47,556 bases of DNA, taken from the IMG/VR virus record IMGVR_UViG_3300038393_001298, positions 1-47,556 of that record; one strand, 5' to 3'. The notes beneath the pieces were generated by a model. That model saw only the letters and a list, made by a program, of their open reading frames with translations, did not search any database and was not told where the DNA came from. A program made the translations under genes and the position numbers. Below, in pieces: positions 1-6,846 of the stretch. Each line of letters begins with the position of its first letter. The first letter of the stretch is position 1. The stretch is from a virus. Lineage: Duplodnaviria; Caudoviricetes.

Positions 1-127
1 GCGCAACAGGCCGTCGGCCAGGAGCTTCATAGCGTGAATGGTCATGGTGTCAGTCTCCGTCTTGATTGCGCGCCTTGTCGGCCTGCGCGCGGGCCTCGGC
101 GTCGTCCGACGCCCTGATGTTGGCCAT
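1..127. repeat. Terminal direct repeat (127 bp), identical to 47430-47556; circular-assembly overlap
   Basis: Exact identity of the first and last 127 nt; it falls inside coding sequence and equals a common assembler k-mer size. Confidence 0.95.
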
Positions 128-397
128 GTCGAGCATGAGGCGCGGGAAGGCCGTCGGGTCGATGGTGTCGAGCTTGTGGATCAGCATTTTGCCGACGTTC
201 GAAGAGCCGGCATTGAATGCGGTCTGGTGCGTACTCTCGCCGGCAAATGGATTGCGGAATACGCCGCACAGTTCGAGGAAGGTGTAGACGAGGCGCTTGC
301 CGTCGGCGGTCTGCAACGCGGCATCGAGAACCCGGAGCGTCTCGCGCTCTCGAACGCGGTGCAGCGCAACAACGAATTTGTCGTCTTGTTCAGCCAT
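50..397 (-). CDS. Bbp19-like head-module protein
   Basis: 115 aa between portal and scaffold; motifs GKRLVYTFLELCGVF and TAFNAG are typical of Bbp19-like proteins. Confidence 0.7.
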   Translation of the reverse strand: MAEQDDKFVVALHRVRERETLRVLDAALQTADGKRLVYTFLELCGVFRNPFAGESTHQTAFNAGSSNVGKMLIHKLDTIDPTAFPRLMLDMANIRASDDAEARAQADKARNQDGD

Positions 398-403
398 GCT
401 CGA

Positions 404-2104
404 TTATCCAATGCCCAGCTGTTGCAGAAGGCTGCCTGCCTGTGGGCTCTGGTTAAGCTCGCTCATGACCTGGGCAGCATCAGCACCGCCTTTCGCCGCC
501 TGGGCCATTGCAGGGGCAGCGGCGATGTTCTTTTCCATCGCCATGTCCTGGGCGCGCTTTGCCCGGATCTGCTGCACTTCCTCTTCTGTCGCGATGGCAT
601 CTGCCGGATAGCCGACCATGTCGCCATAGGCGTCGATCGTCTCGTCACCCTTAAGCTTGTCCATCACCTCAGGCTTGCCAGCCGCAATCGTGCCGACAAA
701 CGCCCACATGCGTTCAATCGAGCCGGTGCGCTGCGCCTTCATGGCCTGGGCGAGCATGGAGGTATACTCCACGTCGAGCATCTGCCCTTGCAACTCCTGG
801 GGTGGCGGAGGCAGCAGGCGGCGCCGCTGCATGATGTCCCACAACCGGTCTGTGAAGGGGTCGAGCTGATCGTTGTAGATGTTCTCCAGCACCGGGCCGA
901 GTTGCAGCAGCTTCTCTTCTTTGCGCTCGGACAGTTCCAGGGTGTTGCGTGGCTGGACGCCTTCCATGTTCGCCAGCATCATGAACAAGTCGGCAAAGAA
1001 TGCGCGGTCACACTGGTTCTGAACGTCCTTGATATCGACGATGAGATTCGCGAGGTTCCAATTCACCTCGAATGCGGGCCTGTAGCCTTTCCCGGTCGGA
1101 TCGTCGGAATAGGTGATCGAGCCAGGCACGAGCGACGCGGGGCTACCCTCCATGCTGGTGGGGCCCGTCATCGGCGGCTTCACTTGTTTCTCGATACCGT
1201 CCAGCTTATCGGACTGCTCTTTCATCAGCATCTTAATGCTGCCGAGCGCGACCATGCCGGGGCTCAACGAATAGGTGTCATCGCCGCTCAACTCCCAGGC
1301 CGGCGCAATGATCGGGTTGGTGTCGAAGCCGCTCTCTTCCAACAGGGGGCGCGCATCTGGCGAACTGTCTCGCCCGTCCTCCCAATAGTTCGAAAGGAAC
1401 GGCTTATCCTGCTTACGCTGGCTCGAGGGATTGCGCTTATAGCGCGGCTCGATCGCGTGCCAGATGGTGAACTTGGCATCGTACCGTGATTGGTCGTATG
1501 CCTCCCGAACGGCGCGGGACAGGTTTTTCAGACCGAAGCGGTTGACAATGCGATGCACCGGCCACTCGAACCGGCGATAGAGGGAGTTGCACCGGCCGTT
1601 TTCGTCGCGGGCCAGCCAGAACTGCCCGTGCACCAGCTGCAGCATGCGGATGACATTGCGGTTGTCCTCCATGAGGATGCCGCACGACTGGCCGAACTGG
1701 CCCATGTCTCCATAGCCGGTATGGAAGGCTGAATAGATATTCGAGCCGGCGCAGATATCCCGGGCACGCTCCTCGGCAGCCTGCAGCCACTCTTTGACCG
1801 GGCCCCACTTGTTTAAGTCGGGGTCTTTCGACTTCCATTTGAACCATGGGCGGGCCGGACTGGTAATGCCGGAGTGCATACCGCTCTTGAGCGTGCGCCA
1901 TGACATGGTGGCAGTGATGTCGATGATGTGCCTGCGGGACGTCCAGCCCTCAGGCTTGATGTCGTGCTTGTAGCGGGTCGGCTCAATGAACTTGGCGAGC
2001 TCATTCCAGATATGTTCCCAGGGGCTACGGAGGGTTTTCAGATCCTTCGCCCGACGGCGATGATACGCAATCTTGCTTTCGCCTGGTGCTGCGTTGTCTG
2101 CCAC
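404..2104 (-). CDS. Portal protein (head-tail connector, Bbp21/T7 gp8 family)
   Basis: 566 aa; SGITSPARPWF, YSLSPGM, ERKEEKLLQLGPVLE and VEYTSMLAQA motifs; follows terminase. Confidence 0.93.
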   Translation of the reverse strand: MADNAAPGESKIAYHRRRAKDLKTLRSPWEHIWNELAKFIEPTRYKHDIKPEGWTSRRHIIDITATMSWRTLKSGMHSGITSPARPWFKWKSKDPDLNKWGPVKEWLQAAEERARDICAGSNIYSAFHTGYGDMGQFGQSCGILMEDNRNVIRMLQLVHGQFWLARDENGRCNSLYRRFEWPVHRIVNRFGLKNLSRAVREAYDQSRYDAKFTIWHAIEPRYKRNPSSQRKQDKPFLSNYWEDGRDSSPDARPLLEESGFDTNPIIAPAWELSGDDTYSLSPGMVALGSIKMLMKEQSDKLDGIEKQVKPPMTGPTSMEGSPASLVPGSITYSDDPTGKGYRPAFEVNWNLANLIVDIKDVQNQCDRAFFADLFMMLANMEGVQPRNTLELSERKEEKLLQLGPVLENIYNDQLDPFTDRLWDIMQRRRLLPPPPQELQGQMLDVEYTSMLAQAMKAQRTGSIERMWAFVGTIAAGKPEVMDKLKGDETIDAYGDMVGYPADAIATEEEVQQIRAKRAQDMAMEKNIAAAPAMAQAAKGGADAAQVMSELNQSPQAGSLLQQLGIG

Positions 2105-2125
2105 ATCAATGCCCTTGAGAAACGA

Positions 2126-2335
2126 TCACTGGCCCAGCAGTTCCTTGCCGGCCGTCGGCGCGGCGGCAGCACCAGAGCCGCTGGTCAGCAGCGTGTTCGC
2201 CTGTGCGCGGAGCTGGTCATAGGCACGCTGCCCCTTCGTATCGCGGACCATGCCGGCATCAGGGGCTTTCGCCTGCTGAGGCGTGGCGGGAATCGGCGGC
2301 GGGGGCGGCGGATCGGGCTGGCTGAACATGCACAT
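2126..2335 (-). CDS. Small proline-rich virion assembly protein
   Basis: 69 aa, MCMF..PPPPP..TLLTSGSG..KELLGQ pattern typical of the gene upstream of podovirus portals; GAG Shine-Dalgarno. Confidence 0.75.
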   Translation of the reverse strand: MCMFSQPDPPPPPPIPATPQQAKAPDAGMVRDTKGQRAYDQLRAQANTLLTSGSGAAAAPTAGKELLGQ

Positions 2336-2342
2336 GGAGCAC

Positions 2343-2615
2343 TCACCACAGGGTTATGAACGAAGCCACCCAAACGGCAGCGGAGAAGCCGTACACAGCC
2401 ATGCTGATCGCAGGCCGCGACGGATTGCTGAGAGGCACGACAGCATCGAGCAGAGAGGCGACGCCCACCGGCAGGATTGCAGCCAGGGCGAGAACAGGAT
2501 GACCGGCATACGCATCGACAGCAGCGATTCCTGCGGAGAACAGGCGGCCGTTCGAGGCTGCATTTTGTGCTATCGCGATCGAGGTTTGATCCATCGTTCG
2601 AAACCTGCCCGTCAA
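2343..2615 (-). CDS. Small hypothetical membrane protein
   Basis: 90 aa with 2-3 hydrophobic segments; ATGA overlap with terL stop. Confidence 0.6.
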   Translation of the reverse strand: MTGRFRTMDQTSIAIAQNAASNGRLFSAGIAAVDAYAGHPVLALAAILPVGVASLLDAVVPLSNPSRPAISMAVYGFSAAVWVASFITLW

Positions 2616-4099
2616 AGATCCTTGTAGGGGTCGTGGGCCGTTTCTACCCTGCCTTGGTTACCTGCTGAGGTTCCCGGCTCCTTCTTCCGCACGGGGAAGG
2701 CGAAGGTCAGCGCCAGGGCATCGCCCTTGTTCGGCGATGGCATGCCGCGCTCCTTCATGTCTTCCTTGCTCTCAAGCTGGATTTTGCCGTCGGGTCGGAA
2801 CACAGTCTCAGGCCCGATGAGATCCTGATACAGCTCCGTGTCGGCCGGATCGATCGCGCCGCCCGCCTTGAGCCAACGCTTCAACTCGCCCCACATGTAG
2901 GCTCGCTGGTTGAGGTAGCCGGGATCTACTGGCTTAGAGCCGAACCACACGAGGTGCCAGTTCTTGCGCCGCATGGTTTTGCCGGCTGAATAGATGCCTG
3001 TGCCATAGCCGGCATCGATCATCACGGCATCGGCATCGTATTCCGTCTCCAGCGCGGCAACGGTACTGGCCACCTGAAAGTCATTGTCGTTCTTCGCCAG
3101 CGTTCGCAGATGCTTGGAATAGAGGCCCTGCCGAAGATAGATTTCCAGCGTGTCCTCACCGGACCAAGCGGGGTCCACACCGATGATGACTGGCGCGAAG
3201 CTGTACTGGTATGTGCGAAGGTGGACCTTGGCGGCGTTCTCGACGTCCTCCTCCGAAATGAACTGCATGGCTGCCTGCTTTGGGAATTGGCCGCGAACAC
3301 GGACCTTCACGATGTCGCTGTCTTCGCCGTAGGTATCGACGAGGGACTGCAGGTACTTCTTGTTGGTGCCGGGCACGGTGCGGCTGTCGATGCTCTTGTG
3401 GTTCCACAGGTGGCGGTATTTACGGAACGCCTCGCGGAATCGGCCGCTGTTGCGCGTGGGATTGCCGAACACGATCCAGATGATGACGGTGTTTTCGTCC
3501 GTCATCGCGCCCTCGGCCACCTCCCAGATCTTGTCATCGATCGCCGATCCCTCGTCGAACAACAGGACGATGATGCGATCCTTGTTGTGCAGGCCGGCGA
3601 ACGCTTCCGTGTTCTCCTTCGACCAGGGCAGGAAGTCGGTGCGCCAGCGTTCCGAGGCCTTCGGATCGCGGCTCTTGATCGACATGGCCTGCGGATCCCA
3701 CCAATGGGCCGTGATCGAGCTGCGAAACCATTTGGCGATCTCAGGACTGGTCTTGGTCGCGAGCTGGCGTTCGGTGTTGGCCGTGCACATCACGCGGGCG
3801 TAGGGCCAGCAGCTCATAGCCCAGTTCGCCACCATGCCCATTTCAGCCGACTTGCCGATGCCGTGGCCTGATGCCCGGGCGATCAGCAAGGGCTGATACC
3901 GGGTCTCGGGGTTCACCAGATGGTCGCGGATGATGGTGTTGATCTCATCCTGCCATTCGCGCGGCCCGTCGGCATTGGCGAGATCGCCGTGCCCCCAATC
4001 CCATGCGAAGCGAGACCAGCGATATGGATTGAAACGGCACCGGGCCGCCTCCTGGATTATTCGCTCGTCGAGCTCGTAGCGCTCTTCATTGGACAGCAT
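2612..4099 (-). CDS. terL: Terminase large subunit
   Basis: Walker A ASGHGIGKS, Walker B LLFDEG, GNPTR coupling motif, RNase H-like GVDPA and SPNKGDALALTF. Confidence 0.95.
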   Translation of the reverse strand: MLSNEERYELDERIIQEAARCRFNPYRWSRFAWDWGHGDLANADGPREWQDEINTIIRDHLVNPETRYQPLLIARASGHGIGKSAEMGMVANWAMSCWPYARVMCTANTERQLATKTSPEIAKWFRSSITAHWWDPQAMSIKSRDPKASERWRTDFLPWSKENTEAFAGLHNKDRIIVLLFDEGSAIDDKIWEVAEGAMTDENTVIIWIVFGNPTRNSGRFREAFRKYRHLWNHKSIDSRTVPGTNKKYLQSLVDTYGEDSDIVKVRVRGQFPKQAAMQFISEEDVENAAKVHLRTYQYSFAPVIIGVDPAWSGEDTLEIYLRQGLYSKHLRTLAKNDNDFQVASTVAALETEYDADAVMIDAGYGTGIYSAGKTMRRKNWHLVWFGSKPVDPGYLNQRAYMWGELKRWLKAGGAIDPADTELYQDLIGPETVFRPDGKIQLESKEDMKERGMPSPNKGDALALTFAFPVRKKEPGTSAGNQGRVETAHDPYKDL

Positions 4100-4299
4100 C
4101 AGGCGTCAGGCTCTTCCGCGACGTACCAGGGGCAAGGGCGATTAATTTCGACGCCGCCCTGCATGACCTTGATTGCCCCGCACTGCCGGCAAGCCATAAG
4201 TGTGACGCCCTTCGAACGATCCTCGGGCGCCCCCGCCGATGGCAGCAGCAGCAATGTCCAATCGTGCGTGGATTGCTGTTCGGTGCTGGCCTCCGTCAT
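4099..4299 (-). CDS. Hypothetical protein (66 aa, CxxC motif)
   Basis: Start MTEAST with GGAGG SD and ATGA overlap with upstream gene; stop overlaps terL start. Confidence 0.65.
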   Translation of the reverse strand: MTEASTEQQSTHDWTLLLLPSAGAPEDRSKGVTLMACRQCGAIKVMQGGVEINRPCPWYVAEEPDA

Positions 4300-4556
4300 G
4301 ACCGCCTCCCATCTGGATCCGCGATGACCTTGTGGTGCGCCCTCGCCAGCATGAAGGAGAGCAGCGCGTTGCCTCCGCCGCCCCAATGGTAGAGATCGAG
4401 CTCACCGTCAGGATTCACCATGACCAGCGCCATCGCCTCAGGTTGCTCATCCGGACTGGCCTCCAGCCAATCCGCCATCTTGCGGAGTTGGTCGGCATAG
4501 CGGCGCACATTGCCCTTTGGCAGCGGCACCACCTTTAGTGTGGCGTCATTCCCCAT
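4296..4556 (-). CDS. Hypothetical protein
   Basis: Start MGNDAT overlaps the terS end; translationally coupled chain. Confidence 0.65.
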   Translation of the reverse strand: MGNDATLKVVPLPKGNVRRYADQLRKMADWLEASPDEQPEAMALVMVNPDGELDLYHWGGGGNALLSFMLARAHHKVIADPDGRRS

Positions 4557-5076
4557 CGCCGTCCGCCTCCGCGTTTCGGGTTGCCCGATCCAGGCGAGCG
4601 GCCAGGTCACCAAGCCCTGAAACCTTCACGTTCTCTTGGAATGCTGAGACGCCGATGTGCTTGCCGATCAGCTCGAGGCGGCGCGCTCTGTCGCTCACCT
4701 TGAGTTCGAGCCCGTACCTGCCATGCTTGACGCCGGCCACCAGGCCTTGCCGCCAGACCAAGGGCCATTTGTCGATGGGCTTGAGCACCATCAGACCCTC
4801 ATCCTCGTACAGGTCCTTCAGGTCGGCCTCTGCCTCTTCAGCCAGTCGCTTGAGCAACCACGCAGCATCAATACCGGTCTGTTTGGAGCGTTGGGCCCGC
4901 TTCTCCTCGATTAAGGTTCTCACCTTAGCATTGGTTAACAGGCGCGCTGCCTCGACTTCGGCGTTCTTTGGAGAATAGCCGGCCGCAATGGCCGCTTGCC
5001 TGCCATTCCCGCTCTTCACATACTCGTCGACGAAAGCTGCCTGCCTGGCTGTCAGCTCACCATTCTTCGCGGACAT
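4546..5076 (-). CDS. terS: Terminase small subunit
   Basis: LTARQAAFVDEY..NGRQAAIAAGYSPKNA..RLL HTH signature and C-terminal LELIGKHIG; start set at MSAKNG. Confidence 0.92.
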   Translation of the reverse strand: MSAKNGELTARQAAFVDEYVKSGNGRQAAIAAGYSPKNAEVEAARLLTNAKVRTLIEEKRAQRSKQTGIDAAWLLKRLAEEAEADLKDLYEDEGLMVLKPIDKWPLVWRQGLVAGVKHGRYGLELKVSDRARRLELIGKHIGVSAFQENVKVSGLGDLAARLDRATRNAEADGDGE

Positions 5077-5086
5077 GGCGATGCCC

Positions 5087-5455
5087 CTATGTCGCGATCT
5101 TGATCCGGTATCCGCGCAGGGAACGAACGCCCTCGATCGAGACACCGGAGCCATCAAGTCTTTTGCGAATGCGGAAGATCACACGGCGCAACGAGCCGTA
5201 GGCCAGATCCCAATCAGGTCCGCCCGTCGGATCATCGGCGTACATGGCGTCCATGAGCGTGGTTATATGCACTGCCCTGCCTTTGCCGCGGGCTAGGACG
5301 TCGAACACGATCCTTTCCCGTGGAGCCATAGCGGCGCTGTAGACCGCAAGATCACCTGTCGGCTCGGCCAAGGCTCGCAGACAGCAGGGGCAATGCCATA
5401 GAACCTTGACGTTCGAGTTCTCGCCCTTGTCCAAGGAGGATGCGTGAAACCCCAT
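5087..5455 (-). CDS. Winged-helix DNA-binding protein (OmpR C-terminal-like) with CPCC motif
   Basis: RERIVFDVL..LMDAMY..SLRRVIFRIRKRL..IEGVRSLRGYRI; GAGGA SD before MGFHAS. Confidence 0.8.
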   Translation of the reverse strand: MGFHASSLDKGENSNVKVLWHCPCCLRALAEPTGDLAVYSAAMAPRERIVFDVLARGKGRAVHITTLMDAMYADDPTGGPDWDLAYGSLRRVIFRIRKRLDGSGVSIEGVRSLRGYRIKIAT

Positions 5456-5465
5456 GGGATATTCC

Positions 5466-5645
5466 TCAGCCTTTGACCGAGGCTGCCACGGACGTATCCA
5501 GGGCATTACCTTGTTCGCCGGTGGCGCCAGACACGATGTAGCTGACCATCTTCTCAGCGATCACTATCGCCTTATCGAGATCACCCCCCGCCATAGAAAG
5601 GGCCGTGATCAGGCACGTTGACCGCAACTGCTGAACTTCACTCAT
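5466..5645 (-). CDS. Small hypothetical protein (59 aa; below the ORF-track cutoff)
   Basis: Translated by hand: MSEVQQLRSTCLITALSMAGGDLDKAIVIAEKMVSYIVSGATGEQGNALDTSVAASVKG; AAGGG SD. Confidence 0.6.
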   Translation of the reverse strand: MSEVQQLRSTCLITALSMAGGDLDKAIVIAEKMVSYIVSGATGEQGNALDTSVAASVKG

Positions 5646-5794
5646 TGGATCTGCCCTTTGTGCTAGCAGTGGTTAAGGTTGCCGGACGTGATGGAATTGA
5701 GCTGATGCTATGAAGGCCTGCGCCCCGCCGAGGCAGCATCCCATCTTCCGTTGTTCGACCGACCGGCTGGCCGTCAGGACCCCCTCGGCGCTGC

Positions 5795-5826
5795 AAAAGA
5801 AAACCCGCCTCGGTTGGCCGGGCGGG
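5795..5826 (-). terminator. Rho-independent terminator after the tRNA/ncRNA cluster
   Basis: Minus strand CCCGCCCGG-CCAA-CCGAGGCGGG followed by TTTTCTTTT. Confidence 0.8.
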
Positions 5827-5863
5827 CGATTGGTTTCCTGACGTCAGGAAGTCAAAATGATAT

Positions 5864-5998
5864 CCATGCGGACCGGGCTTGATACCGGCTGTCGGGGTTC
5901 AACTCACTCGTCGCGATTTACGCACCCGGTGGCATTGCCAGAGCGGGACTGTAGCCCCTAGTCAATCGCAAAGCGCTTCCTATCAGCGCCGCCGCATG
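5864..5998 (-). ncRNA. tRNA-like RNA (135 nt) with expanded, branched anticodon arm and 8-nt T-loop
   Basis: 7-bp acceptor CATGCGG/CCGCATG; D-arm GCGC-TGATAGGAA-GCGC; anticodon-position stem TTGCGATT/AATCGCGA; 21-nt variable region; T-arm GCCGG-TATCAAGC-CCGGT; begins 4 nt after the CCA of tRNA-Met. Confidence 0.7.
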
Positions 5999-6002
5999 AA
6001 AC

Positions 6003-6077
6003 TGGTTGCAGGTACCAGAATCGAACTGGTGACATTCGGGTTATGGGCCCGACGCGCTACCACTGCGCTAACCTGCT
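6003..6077 (-). tRNA. tRNA-Met(CAU), initiator-like
   Basis: AGCAGGT TA GCGC AGTGGTA GCGC G TCGGG CCCATAA CCCGA ATGTC ACCAG TTCGATT CTGGT ACCTGCA A CCA; three G-C pairs in anticodon stem, 1:72 mismatch, encoded CCA. Confidence 0.93.
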
Positions 6078-6090
6078 TGAAACTCGATAA

Positions 6091-6180
6091 GTGGGGAGGT
6101 TGCTGCCCTGATCCTTTGGCGGGAGAGTAGGCAGCAACCCCAGACCGGCGCCGAGCGCTCCACCCCATGCCCGTAGGCAT
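6091..6180 (-). ncRNA. Structured RNA element in the late leader (UACG tetraloop hairpin plus long hairpin with CGCCAA loop)
   Basis: ATGCC-TACG-GGCAT hairpin; perfect 10-bp stem GGTTGCTGCC/GGCAGCAACC capped by TCC-CGCCAAA-GGA. Confidence 0.5.
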
Positions 6181-6195
6181 GAAGACCTTTGAAGC

Positions 6196-6230
6196 AAAAC
6201 GCCCGGCTGCTGATTTCTCAGCTCCGGGCG
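6196..6230 (-). terminator. tR'-like terminator just downstream of the late promoter
   Basis: Minus strand CGCCCGG..GCTGA-GAAA-TCAGC..CCGGGCG followed by TTTT. Confidence 0.65.
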
Positions 6231-6253
6231 CAAGTCTTCACTCTCAGATTAAG

Positions 6254-6282
6254 GAAATATCAGATTCCGTTATTCGTTACAA
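6254..6282 (-). promoter_or_regulatory. Putative late promoter (pR'-like)
   Basis: TTGTAA-N17-TATTTC at the 3' end of the Q-position gene, followed about 50 nt later by a terminator. Confidence 0.55.
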
Positions 6283-6844
6283 TGACTTCGCCGCTTCCGA
6301 GGGCCCTATGCACAGCTCTTAAGCCCGCCACCAAATCAGCGTGCCGCCCGACGGGGATAGGCTCATCCAGGATCACGACATCATAAACGGCGCGATAGGC
6401 CGCGCGCCCGGCCGCAGTCACCGCCATCTCCAGGCAATCAAACCGCCTCGTCGCCTTCAGAATACGCCGCAGGCGAGGCGACCTATCGGCAGCCTCAGCG
6501 ACGCCACCGGCACGCAGGTCGCGCAGGATCATTTCGTCTTCCTTGTCGAGATCCCCCGCCGAGCCGTATCCCCGCTCATAAAGCGGGCTCACTGTGGTTC
6601 TAGAGGGATACCCCTTCAGCCGATCATGCATCCCGACGGCCGTGGCAAAGGCGTTCGCCGCCTCGAGCTCCTTGGAAGTGATCACGCCATTCAGACGGAG
6701 GCGCCCTGCCTCAGTACCAAGCAGCGGATTGCGCGCCGTTGTCTTGGCCTGGCTGATGATGCGCCGAACCATCGCTGGCGGCGCAACCTCTGGCTTCAGT
6801 TTTCCGCAGGGATACCGTTCACCCACAAGTTTCGGCCTGCCCAT
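6260..6844 (-). CDS. Putative late-gene regulator/antiterminator (Q position)
   Basis: 194 aa basic protein, last gene of the early operon, directly before promoter-terminator-tRNA leader; function inferred from position. Confidence 0.6.
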   Translation of the reverse strand: MGRPKLVGERYPCGKLKPEVAPPAMVRRIISQAKTTARNPLLGTEAGRLRLNGVITSKELEAANAFATAVGMHDRLKGYPSRTTVSPLYERGYGSAGDLDKEDEMILRDLRAGGVAEAADRSPRLRRILKATRRFDCLEMAVTAAGRAAYRAVYDVVILDEPIPVGRHADLVAGLRAVHRALGSGEVIVTNNGI

Positions 6845-6846
6845 GC

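Noticed and set aside
1-127. 127-bp terminal repeat as a biological DTR
   Set aside because: Length equals a common assembler k-mer and it cuts through coding sequence; most likely a circularisation overlap
5650-5794. Additional structured RNA downstream of the cluster terminator
   Set aside because: Alternative imperfect stems can be drawn (CGCCGAGG/CCTCGGCG, GATGCT/AGCATC) but no unique fold is supportable without covariation data
5879-6386. Short ORFs overlapping the tRNA region
   Set aside because: They overlap a clear tRNA and structured RNAs and lack SD or protein motifs
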